Shown here: positions 1 to 8,638 of the stretch, in pieces
Layout of the letters: each line of letters starts with the position of its first letter
Position numbering within the stretch: the stretch's first letter is position 1
Assembly (NCBI RefSeq): GCF_000020025.1
Contig: NC_010628.1
Coordinates: 1,260,001 to 1,292,000 of the forward strand
DNA length: 32,000 nt
Source: Nostoc punctiforme PCC 73102
Lineage (GTDB): Bacteria > Cyanobacteriota > Cyanobacteriia > Cyanobacteriales > Nostocaceae
Reading direction: 5' to 3'
Notes under the pieces: generated by a model
Seen by the model: the letters and a program-made list of their open reading frames with translations, nothing else
Told to the model about the DNA's origin: nothing
The model's database searches: none
Translations under genes and position numbers: made by a program

Positions 1-320
1 ACCTCGTAAGAAAGCAAAAAGCTGACACAACATTGGGGATCTCAACCCCAAGACTCTAGCAATTGATAAACGTATGCCGCCGTTCGATGCGCCGATGGCT
101 GGCATACGGGCAGATATTATACATCTCCGAAATATGAATGTAGAGACGTAGCACTGCTAAGTCTCTACAAGGGTTCTGGATAAAACATATTTGATTTTCT
201 GGAATGTTTATTATACTTTTAGCACGGAAGTGTCTGGCTAAGGTCTTAAAAATAACATATCTGCTAAACTTCCTGATATTTTCCGAGTTAGCTTGAAACA
301 GCAAATAATCAGAAACTATA

Positions 321-390
321 GCAATCCGATAGCGAAGCGGTAGCGAGTCAGACGCTCCTGCGTCGCTAACGCTGCGCTATCGAGCGTCTT
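321..390. repeat. GC-rich dispersed intergenic repeat with an internal inverted repeat
   Basis: An internal inverted repeat pairs gacgctc (351-357) with gagcgtc (382-388). The reverse complement starts aagacgctcg and contains gactcgctaccgcttcgctatcgg. This matches aagacgctcg...gactcgcttgccgccgacgctatccg at 6742-6790. The gacgctcct..gtcgcta.cgct core recurs at 8341-8363. Confidence 0.6.
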
Positions 391-415
391 TGATTTCTAA
401 ACTTATTTGTGTAGG

Positions 416-443
416 AGGCAATAGGCAATAGGTAATAGGCAAA
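416..443. repeat. STRR-type tandem heptamer array (aggcaat x4, last two copies degenerate)
   Basis: Direct reading gives aggcaat aggcaat aggtaat aggcaaa. Short tandemly repeated heptamers are characteristic of heterocystous cyanobacteria. Confidence 0.85.
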
Positions 444-527
444 AAGGCTCTTTGAGTTGTACTGAATTTTTTCAGAAATCAAATATGAGTCCTATATCTG
501 AATTATTGTTTTAATAGGCTTGCAATT

Positions 528-1439
528 ATGAAAAAACTTACCGTTTTTCGATACCGCACTTATGGACTAATTGGGTTAATATCTTTAACCGCCGTATTAA
601 GTACAACTACATCTGCCCTAACACAGTTAGCAAGCGATTCCCCAATTGGGCAAACTCCTATCCCTGCTTCTAACTTAATCTGGCCGACTCAAGGGTTTAT
701 TTCTCAAGGCTTTCGCAAATATCAACATGAAGGAATTGATATTGCAGGGGCATCTGGAACTCCAGTTGTTGCTGCTGCATCGGGTACTGTTGTAAAAGCA
801 GGTTGGGATAATTGGGGGTTAGGCAATGCCATAACTATTAAGCATCTTGACGGTAGCACTACTGTTTATGGTCATAATCGCCGTTTGCTGGTGAGCAAAA
901 ATCAACAGGTCATTCAAGGTCAAATTATTGCTGAGATGGGATCTACAGGCAATAGTACAGCACCTCATCTCCATTTTGAAGTTCATCCAAATGGTCGAAT
1001 AGCAGTTGATCCCCTTCGTCTATTGACATCTTTAACTGCAAGTGTTTCCCCTGCTTCTAAAATTCAGCAAGTGGATAATCCGAACCGCCCAGTCTCGACA
1101 ACCTCTGTAGCAAAGCAAGTTTCACCTTCATTGCCTCCAATAGGTTTTGCACCTATAAGCAGTGATACTAAGTGCAATGGAGTTACTATTATTGATGGTG
1201 AGACTGCAAATATTCGTGTAAAGGTGTGTGAAGAAAATGGTCAGTTATTTTATATTGGGCAGTTGAAGCAAGACCCAAGCAAGCCTATAAAAATAGCAGC
1301 TTTGAATATTGGTAAAGGCAGATATCGAGCAGATAATGGTAGTTTTTATTATTTAGTCAGCCCTGAAAGAGTGGAAGTTTGGCGAAATGGCACTCAAATG
1401 CGTTCTGACAAATTTTATACTTTAACAAAATCACCATAA
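528..1439 (+). CDS. Secreted or membrane-anchored M23 (LytM-type) metallopeptidase with a C-terminal domain I cannot assign
   Basis: 303-aa ATG ORF. It has an N-terminal hydrophobic signal/anchor (GLIGLISLTAVLSTTTSALT). The M23 metal-ligand motifs are present: HEGIDIAG (HxxxD) and GNSTAPHLHFEV (HxH). About 130 C-terminal residues show no motif I recognise. Confidence 0.9.
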   Translation: MKKLTVFRYRTYGLIGLISLTAVLSTTTSALTQLASDSPIGQTPIPASNLIWPTQGFISQGFRKYQHEGIDIAGASGTPVVAAASGTVVKAGWDNWGLGNAITIKHLDGSTTVYGHNRRLLVSKNQQVIQGQIIAEMGSTGNSTAPHLHFEVHPNGRIAVDPLRLLTSLTASVSPASKIQQVDNPNRPVSTTSVAKQVSPSLPPIGFAPISSDTKCNGVTIIDGETANIRVKVCEENGQLFYIGQLKQDPSKPIKIAALNIGKGRYRADNGSFYYLVSPERVEVWRNGTQMRSDKFYTLTKSP

Positions 1440-1510
1440 AGTTAGGAAGTAAGTTGGCACAATAAAATCAAACTATATAAAGAAAAATGAAGGAGGCTAA
1501 AACCCTTATA

Positions 1511-1538
1511 CCTATTGCCTGTTGCCTATTGCCTTATC
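1511..1538. repeat. STRR-type heptamer array, reverse complement of the 416-443 array
   Basis: It reads cctattg cctgttg cctattg ccttatc. attgcct is the reverse complement of aggcaat. Confidence 0.85.
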
Positions 1539-2012
1539 TCAACGACAATTATTTACGCCCACTTACTTATTTAATGTTTGACTATGACTTGAGTTGATTA
1601 ATTTGCTCAGTGATTCCATAGCTATCTATATATTGCTGTAGACATTATCACTTGTGATGCGATCGCAGGAGTTAATCTTCATTTGGGCTTGATTTTTGTT
1701 TAAGTCCCGTTAAAAGAGATAAGATAACCAGGGCGTAGGAAGTCACTTATGCAGATGACAGGGATATGTTCAACTTAACCAGATTTACGTTTGATAAGTA
1801 TCAATTGTATTTGGTTACAAGTAATTTCCTCTCGCTTTGTTGCTTTTTTGGCGGTGAAGTTTCGCCAAAAGTATAAAAGTAAAGGGCTTTTCAAGCCTAT
1901 AACAATCATTACTCTTTTGCTGTATGAATGGACACAATTTTTGCTAACTTTTAAATTTTTTCAAGCCTGATATAACACCAACTCGCAATGCTCGTTAAAA
2001 AAAAGTGCCAAA

Positions 2013-3596
2013 TTAACCTTCAGCGCTTTCAGCACGGATGGGAATTACAATTCCTTCGCGCAGTAGTGCATCCGTAAAAATCTTCCGAAGAACGCGTTGA
2101 ATCTGAAGATGTTTTCCTGGCTTCACCTTCGTTAATGTCCGCAGCAACAAGTTAGATTCTCCAAGGCTTTCCACTCCATCTATCTGTGTACCTTCGAGTA
2201 CATCTGGATCGTTTGTTTTTAACTGTTGTCCTACCTCCTCAATCACTTTGTACACATGGGCTAAGTTGGAATTATAAGGCACACCAACTTCTACTACTGC
2301 AAAGATATACTGTTTAGAATAATTAGTAATTGGGCCAATATCTCCATTGCGAATAATCTGCAATTGACCATTGGGATGTCTAATACGAGTGGTTCTGAGT
2401 TCAATTGCCTCAACAATACCTTCGACAACTTTCTCTTCGGCTTTCCCAGCCTCGATATAATCACCCACTAAATAGTAGTTTTCAAACAGAATAAAGAAGC
2501 CGCAGACTATATCGTTTATCAGTGTCTGTGCCCCTAAACCTACAGCTATACCGACAATACCAGCACCTGCAAGTATAGGAGTTGGGTCAATGTCAAGAGT
2601 ATAGAGAATAGAGATAATAGCAGCAAAGTACACAAAATATTGTAAGAAACTACGAAAAAGAGGAACGAGTGTCAAGCGTCTACTTATTTGAATATCACTT
2701 AGATTCCGATCTTTGAATAGCACCTCTTCAACAAGTAAGTAAGCGACTTCAAACAACACACGACTAATGAAGATGATGCCGATGATCTTGATTATTCGCG
2801 GCCCAAAAGCTGCGATATTGGCGATTAACTGCACCTGCTGAATTACCAATGTTGCCATGCAGACATAAATTACAAATTCTAGACACCGTTTTAAAAAGGG
2901 TATCAGGTGTCGGAGGCGATCGTAGAATCTTAAGAGGTTATCAGGGTTGGAGTATCTGACGCTGAGAGCATCGAGAAAATCAACTACCGCCGCGACTGCT
3001 TTGAGTATCAGCAACCCGACGGCAATAATTAGATAGATTCGCAGTGCAATGTACAAATATTCCGAAACCGTTGCTGGCAATTTGAGAAACTGGGCACACA
3101 AGATTACAGCCCACAGCCAGATTCCACCACTAATTCTGTGATAGAGGGCGTTAAAGAAAGCATCAATACTTTCATCATCGGCGGTATTTTTTTCTAAGTT
3201 CTTGGCGCTAGTGCTAGCTACCTTCAGCCAATATTTCAGAAATTTTAGTGCGATCGCCGCTAACATGAAAGTGCCAATGCTCTGAGCTATTCCAATTCCT
3301 AGAGTTATCCAAAATCCTGGTGGAATACGCTCAAGCATTGCTATGGTGTATTGTTGAAGGTTTTCACCACGATAAATTAGATAACCATTAGCACCCACAA
3401 TCAAAATACATGACACCAAGCAAGCAAGTAACAACAACCCTGTAATGTTCCGACGCAAGGTTTTGATACTTCTATCTTCGCTCTTTAATATAGAGGTCTT
3501 TGTAAATAGCTTGAATAACTTGCTTACAAGCCAGTTCAGTAATAAAAAAACAAAGATTACAAGGCTGACTTCAGCTAAAATGATCAATATACTCAT
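2013..3596 (-). CDS. Mechanosensitive ion channel family protein (MscS-like, large multi-TM form)
   Basis: 527-aa ATG ORF with several N-terminal hydrophobic helices. The MscS pore-helix/beta-domain signature is present: GIVGIAVGLGAQTLINDIVCGFFILFENYYLVGDYI ... RTTRIRHPNGQLQIIRNGDI. Confidence 0.9.
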   Translation of the reverse strand: MSILIILAEVSLVIFVFLLLNWLVSKLFKLFTKTSILKSEDRSIKTLRRNITGLLLLACLVSCILIVGANGYLIYRGENLQQYTIAMLERIPPGFWITLGIGIAQSIGTFMLAAIALKFLKYWLKVASTSAKNLEKNTADDESIDAFFNALYHRISGGIWLWAVILCAQFLKLPATVSEYLYIALRIYLIIAVGLLILKAVAAVVDFLDALSVRYSNPDNLLRFYDRLRHLIPFLKRCLEFVIYVCMATLVIQQVQLIANIAAFGPRIIKIIGIIFISRVLFEVAYLLVEEVLFKDRNLSDIQISRRLTLVPLFRSFLQYFVYFAAIISILYTLDIDPTPILAGAGIVGIAVGLGAQTLINDIVCGFFILFENYYLVGDYIEAGKAEEKVVEGIVEAIELRTTRIRHPNGQLQIIRNGDIGPITNYSKQYIFAVVEVGVPYNSNLAHVYKVIEEVGQQLKTNDPDVLEGTQIDGVESLGESNLLLRTLTKVKPGKHLQIQRVLRKIFTDALLREGIVIPIRAESAEG

Positions 3597-3912
3597 GCGC
3601 GATCGTAAAACTTAAATAATTTAACCGTTTGATTATCAAAACCTATTGAGAGATAGCTTGATATCTCTATAAGATAGATGACAATTATTTCATATAATAA
3701 GTCTTTGTCAAGCTACTAACATTTAAATCACTTTATATCTAAGTGATGATTTCCAAAAAGCTTTTTAAGGAAGGTATTTGTGTAACTTCGGGTTTAGCAG
3801 TTACATAAACTACCTAAAACTTAAATATACTTAAGTGTATATTCATTGATAAGCGATTCAAATCCAGGACTTATAACAATTTGAAAAAAGAATCCAAAAA
3901 GCAAGATTTTCT

Positions 3913-3939
3913 GGTAGGGGCAATTCAATTGCCCCTACC
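3913..3939. repeat. Palindromic hairpin repeat (ggtaggggcaatt c aattgcccctacc)
   Basis: Two 13-nt arms are perfectly complementary. A related copy (gtaagggcaattcatgaattgcctctac) lies at 12546-12573. It is flanked by aggactta (3866-3873) and taagtcct (3954-3961), another inverted pair. There is no U-tract, so it is not called a terminator. Confidence 0.6.
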
Positions 3940-4213
3940 GCATATAGTTTTGCGTAAGTCCTAAATTCATATTAGTTATCAGTGAACACTGGTTTAAGCT
4001 GCTTAAGCGTAGCCTGTGGCAAGCTGTTAAGTAACCGGAATAAACTACATATACCAAAATACATGAAGCAGGAACTGAGGACTGGAGAATAATATTTTTT
4101 ACTCAGTACTTTCAATTCAAATGGGTGGAAATAAAGCAAGCTATATTAAAAAATATAAATTGACTACCCCTTTAGATATAGTAGTTATACGGCAGAGGAA
4201 ATAAAAACTGTTA

Positions 4214-6442
4214 CTAAAGGAAAGATTTAGGCTCAACATCCTGACAGTTTATCTGCACCACACAATTTCTTCCTTGTGCTTTTGCCTGGTAGAGTCCCTG
4301 GTCAGCAGCAGCAATTAAGGTTGCGGGAGATAATTGGCTATGAGGAGTGATGGTTGCCACACCAAGACTTAGAGTGATGAATTCACTGACCTGAGAATGG
4401 GGATGAGGCATTTTTAATGCACTAATATTGGTCTGAATATCTTTTGCAACTGCAATGGCCCCTTCAATATCAGTATTCGGTAAAATAACTGCAAACTCTT
4501 CTCCACCATAACGAGCAACTAAATCAGCAGGGCATTTAACTGTTTGAGAGATTACCTTGGCAACCTGTCTGAGGGCATCATCTCCTGCCAGATGTCCATG
4601 CGTATCGTTGTAAAGCTTAAAGTAATCGACATCACACAAAATCAAAGATAGCGAACCTTGCTCTCGTGCCAATCGTTGCCACTGTGTGTTGAATGTGTCA
4701 TCAAAGCAGCGTCGATTTCCCACTTGGGTCAGACCATCTGAACAGGCAAGGCGCTGTAATTCCTGGTTTGCTTGTTGTAATTGGTGGTAAAGTTCTGATT
4801 GCTGAATAGCGATCGCAGCTTGTCCTGCTAACTGGTTAAACAAGTTAATCTCCGATTGCTGCCATTGTCTGGCATTACGGCATTGATGAGCAATCAATAG
4901 TCCCCACAAACGCTCTTTCTGCAAGATAGGCACGACAAGGTTTGCCCGGATTTGCAAACTCCGCAGGAGGTCAAGATGACACGGCGATAATCCAGCAGTT
5001 TCAACGTCTTCGATTGCTCTGGTGTTACCTTGTTGAAAGTAAATTGCACGGGTAGATTTAAAGCATGTGTCCATAACGTGAAATCCCAGAATGGACATAC
5101 ACTCTTCTGCTAAGGATTCTACAGCTACTAATCCACTCCAGTCTGACTCAAACTGGTAAATTATTACTCGGTCTACCTCAAACAGTTGCCGCACTTCGGC
5201 TGCTGTGGTTTGCAAAATCTCGTCTAACTCTAACGATTGTCGAATGCGCTGCGTCACAGCCGCGACAATTCGCTCGGACTCATTTTGGTGTTGGACATGC
5301 CGCTTAAGCAGCTTAGAATCTGTCGATGCTACATTTAACGTGATCGGATTAAAGTGAGGGGTTGTAGTGACAGGCACTGCACTAGGTTTAGCAATCAAAT
5401 AGCCTTGAGCAAGATTTGCACCTCGTTCTCGCAGCCAGTTCAGTTCCTCAATACACTCAATTCCTTCAGCAACGGTCTGGATGTTTAACTTTTGAGTAAT
5501 CTCTAAAAGCTTCTCGGTAATCGAAGCTTTGTAAAGGTCTTGATGTACATCTCGAATTAACTCCATATCCAGCTTGATAAAGTCTGGACGTAACTGATGC
5601 AGCAAGTTTAGGCTGGAATAGCCAGAACCAAGGTCATCAAGAGCTACTAAAAATCCAGCATCCCGGTAGTATTTAAGCACTGCCTTGAGATGGGTTAAAT
5701 CTTGAGGATTATCTGATTCCACAACTTCAAAGACAACGCGATCGTGGGAAATTTCGGCAGTATCAATTGCCTCAACTGAACTACTTAGGCAAAAAGCTGG
5801 ATCGTAAAGTGATGTTGGCGCAAAATTGATGAAGATATGCCCACTCACTTTATACCGACTGAATTCAGTGATTGCGCTGAGGCGAGCAATTTGGTCGAGT
5901 TGTGGTATTAGTCCGGCTTCGGTTGCTAACTCCATAATTGGTGTCGGTAGCATTAAATTCCCTTCTTCATCCAGCCCCCGCAAAAGCGATTCATATCCAA
6001 AAATCTGCGATGTATCCTTAATTGAGACAATTGGTTGAAAGTAACTGGTGAATCGTTCCGTTGCCAGCATTTCAAACAGCCAGTCGGATTGGTTCAACTT
6101 AATGAAGCGTTGTAATGAGGCTATGTCACTAAAATCATGGAGTTGAGGTTGGATATTACCTTGAATGAAAAGGACTTGCGTCTCTTTTAATTCTCTAGGT
6201 GCAAGTAGTTTGGCCAGGTTACGGGCAATTTCTATGGACTGTCCGGGTTTACACTTCAAACTCAAACCTGGTCGCTCGTGCATCAGTTCATACTCAAGTC
6301 TAAGCTGCTGTAGGTAGGAGGTGGCTTTTTTGAGGGTATGTGTAACGGGGAACCAGAGAAAGAGCCTTCCTGCCTCCTGAGTCTGGCAGCGTGCAACATT
6401 GCGACAAGCACAGGTTTTGGAGATAGAACATATCTGGCTCAT
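4214..6442 (-). CDS. c-di-GMP turnover protein with domain order N-terminal region, EAL, GAF, GGDEF
   Basis: 742-aa ATG ORF. EAL-domain motifs: FQPIVS, YESLLRG (ESL variant of EAL), FINFAP, EVVESD, LDDLGSGYSSLNLL, IKLDMELIRD, VAEGIE, AQGYL. The central GAF-like region runs LDEILQTTAAEVRQLFEVDRVIIYQF...LLIAHQC. The C-terminal GGDEF domain has DGLTQVGNRR, DVDYFKLYND and RYGGEEFAVIL. Confidence 0.9.
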   Translation of the reverse strand: MSQICSISKTCACRNVARCQTQEAGRLFLWFPVTHTLKKATSYLQQLRLEYELMHERPGLSLKCKPGQSIEIARNLAKLLAPRELKETQVLFIQGNIQPQLHDFSDIASLQRFIKLNQSDWLFEMLATERFTSYFQPIVSIKDTSQIFGYESLLRGLDEEGNLMLPTPIMELATEAGLIPQLDQIARLSAITEFSRYKVSGHIFINFAPTSLYDPAFCLSSSVEAIDTAEISHDRVVFEVVESDNPQDLTHLKAVLKYYRDAGFLVALDDLGSGYSSLNLLHQLRPDFIKLDMELIRDVHQDLYKASITEKLLEITQKLNIQTVAEGIECIEELNWLRERGANLAQGYLIAKPSAVPVTTTPHFNPITLNVASTDSKLLKRHVQHQNESERIVAAVTQRIRQSLELDEILQTTAAEVRQLFEVDRVIIYQFESDWSGLVAVESLAEECMSILGFHVMDTCFKSTRAIYFQQGNTRAIEDVETAGLSPCHLDLLRSLQIRANLVVPILQKERLWGLLIAHQCRNARQWQQSEINLFNQLAGQAAIAIQQSELYHQLQQANQELQRLACSDGLTQVGNRRCFDDTFNTQWQRLAREQGSLSLILCDVDYFKLYNDTHGHLAGDDALRQVAKVISQTVKCPADLVARYGGEEFAVILPNTDIEGAIAVAKDIQTNISALKMPHPHSQVSEFITLSLGVATITPHSQLSPATLIAAADQGLYQAKAQGRNCVVQINCQDVEPKSFL

Positions 6443-6713
6443 AACTAACTACTTTGTTCAATCAAATTTATTTTATTATTCCCACTATTTTTACAATAAA
6501 AGATAAACTATTCTTCAAATATATGAAGATTTGATGAGTTCGGTAATTTGAAGAATCTGGTGTATCAAATAATAAAGCAGCACATCTATAGTTTTGTACC
6601 AAATGTTTAAGTAATAGTCGCTCAATTTGGTGCAATGAAGCAAATTAATAAGAGTTAGATAAAGAATTGAAGCCATGAAATAAAAAGAAAAGTCAGCTAG
6701 GTAACGATTGAAG

Positions 6714-6885
6714 GAGAATACAGAATTCAGAATTCAGAATCAAGACGCTCGCGGACTCGCTTGCCGCCGACGCTATCCGCCAGCGATGCACTTAGTTTCG
6801 GCTACGCTCAACTACCGCCGGTCGTTGTGTCGTACAGAATACCTTTCCTGTATTCTGACTCCTGACTCCTGACTCCTGAATTCTG
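6714..6885. repeat. MITE-like intergenic element: heptamer arrays at both ends around a GC-rich core
   Basis: The left end is cagaatt x3 (6721-6741). The core aagacgctcg...gtgtcg is related to 321-390. There is a hairpin cagaatac/gtattctg (6834-6841 / 6850-6857). The right end is ctgactc x3 (6855-6875), then ctgaattctg, which is the inverse of the left cagaatt units. No ORF. Confidence 0.6.
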
Positions 6886-7047
6886 TTTTGATAATTTTTT
6901 GCTAGGCTAATTTAGCTCGACTTTATCCATATCGTTAACTGATGGACTTGATATTATTTTTCAACCACAGATGTATATAGAGAATTCATCGATGTCAATC
7001 TGTGGTTTCATTTTCATAAAATTGACTTTTGCAAAAAGTTTACTGTT

Positions 7048-8178
7048 TCATTCAGCAGATGAAACACTGGGTATTGCAGAACGAATTGCACTAATAAAGT
7101 TTTGAGCATAATTCTGCGTTGAGAAATCCAAGGCGCGTTGCCTGGCAGCTATTCCTGCACTACGGGCAAATTCTTGTTCGTCAAGATAGCGGAGAATTGT
7201 GATCGCTAATTTATCCGCATCGCCGTAAGGTGTTAATAGTCCATTCATCCCATCGGTAATAATCTCTGTCGGGCCTCCTGCATCGCCAGCAATCACAGGT
7301 TTACCCAGCGCCATCGCCTCAATAATCACAATTCCAAACGGTTCTTTATCCGATGCATGAACGAATACATCCATCGCCTGCACCCACTCCGGGATATTAC
7401 GCTGTAGTCCAGCCATAATTACTTGTTCTTCCAAGCCCAAGGTAGCAATTTCGGCTTTTAAGAAGTCCTCATAGCCCGGTTCTAAATCGTGCTTACCGCC
7501 AACTACCACACAATGAGCATCAGGATACTTCTCTAAAATTTTGGGCATCGCTTGCACTAATACGTGCATTCCCTTCCATCGTTGCAATCGTCCCACAATT
7601 CCAATCAATGGGCCGTGTAAAGGTAAGCCCAGTTTTCGGCGTGCTTCTTCTGGAGTTGGCAAAGCATCAGGCTCAAATCGGTCTAGCGCGACACCGGGAT
7701 AAACCAAGGGTGTTGGCCTGTGGGGCCAAATCTCTGCTTGTGCTTGCTTGCCATCTTGAGAAAGGGTGATAATTGCTTGGGCTGGGATTAAAGTAGCAAT
7801 TCGTACCAACCAAGTTTTATCGCTCGGTACTTCTAGCTGATACCATACAGCAGGCAAACCAGCCAGCATTGCCGCCAAGCCTCCAGATATATGCGTAATC
7901 CACATCCAATTGACAATTATATCTGCACGTTCGCGGCGTGCGATCGCAGCTATCCGAAAAACAGCACCAATAAAACGGTGGATTTGGCGTAAACGTCCAC
8001 TTTCTACAACTCGCGCATCAATGCCAAGGGACTTTACTTGTTCTACCATCGGGCCGTGTTCTAAAAATATCACCAGCCACTCAACACCAGCATTACGTCC
8101 CTGCTGTACCAAATCCCAAAGCATCATTTCACCGCCGCCTCGTTGTTCGGCTAGTGGCATTACAATAATTGCTTTCAT
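7048..8178 (-). CDS. Glycosyltransferase, GT-B fold, family 4-like
   Basis: 376-aa ATG ORF. The C-terminal Glycos_transf_1-type motif is DVFVHASDKEPFGIVIIEAMALGKPVIAGDAGGPTEIITDGMNGLL (E-x7-E). It is the last gene of the co-directional cluster. Confidence 0.9.
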   Translation of the reverse strand: MKAIIVMPLAEQRGGGEMMLWDLVQQGRNAGVEWLVIFLEHGPMVEQVKSLGIDARVVESGRLRQIHRFIGAVFRIAAIARRERADIIVNWMWITHISGGLAAMLAGLPAVWYQLEVPSDKTWLVRIATLIPAQAIITLSQDGKQAQAEIWPHRPTPLVYPGVALDRFEPDALPTPEEARRKLGLPLHGPLIGIVGRLQRWKGMHVLVQAMPKILEKYPDAHCVVVGGKHDLEPGYEDFLKAEIATLGLEEQVIMAGLQRNIPEWVQAMDVFVHASDKEPFGIVIIEAMALGKPVIAGDAGGPTEIITDGMNGLLTPYGDADKLAITILRYLDEQEFARSAGIAARQRALDFSTQNYAQNFISAIRSAIPSVSSAE

Positions 8179-8284
8179 AATTTATATCAGTCCTATTTTA
8201 AGTTGTAAGATTTTGTTTTTTAACTCAATTCACATAGCAATACGCTTGGATTAAGCATTTTATTTTTTTCTTCTCTCTGTGTTC

Positions 8285-8475
8285 GGTTATTGAGCGGAGC
8301 CGAAATACTGCACCTCTGTGGTAGTCTGCGGCAAGCCGCTGACGCTCCTTTGTCGCTACCGCTTCTCTACCAAAGGCTTGTCTGCGACACGCTCCGCGAA
8401 CGCCAACGCTAATGCGTCTACGTTAAAAAAACTGACTTCTACAAGGAGCTTCAACCTTAACCCAAGCGTATTGAT
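8285..8475. repeat. Mosaic of at least three dispersed repeat families, including a nested insertion
   Basis: 8314-8339 and 8414-8475 are colinear with 12389-12476 (ctctgtggtagYctgcggcaagccgc ... gcgtctacgt(t)aaaaaaa(c)tgactt ...). They are interrupted at 8340-8413 by a 74-nt GC-rich segment related to 321-390. 8293-8308 (gcggagccgaaatact) resembles gggagccgaagtatt at 15886-15900. Confidence 0.7.
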
Positions 8476-8515
8476 TTATATAGCAGTCCTAAAAAATATA
8501 AAGAAGGAAACGAAC

Positions 8516-8577
8516 CGCCTTCGCGCAGCGTCTCGTCAGAGAAGAACGCCTTCGCGCAGCGTCTCGAAGAGAAGGAC
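8516..8577. repeat. Tandem duplication, 2 x 31 bp
   Basis: cgccttcgcgcagcgtctcg occurs at 8516-8535 and again at 8547-8566. Each copy is followed by a purine-rich tail. Confidence 0.85.
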
Positions 8578-8638
8578 GCAAAGGGAAGAAAGAAGAAAGA
8601 AATATGTAATTTTAACCAATGGTTTAGGATTGCTATAT

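Noticed and set aside
56-304. An 82-aa minus-strand ORF (TTG start). Its ...RYVIFKTLARHFRAKS... segment is faintly reminiscent of the KTLA.KHK motif of group II intron maturases. An imperfect hairpin (cgtatgcc...ggcatacg, 71-108) lies inside it.
   Set aside because: A single short motif is the only evidence. There are no RT or HNH motifs, and no recognisable domain V/VI RNA (34-nt stem with GNRA loop). The frame stays open upstream into a repeat. At most it is a degraded remnant, so it is not reported as a feature.
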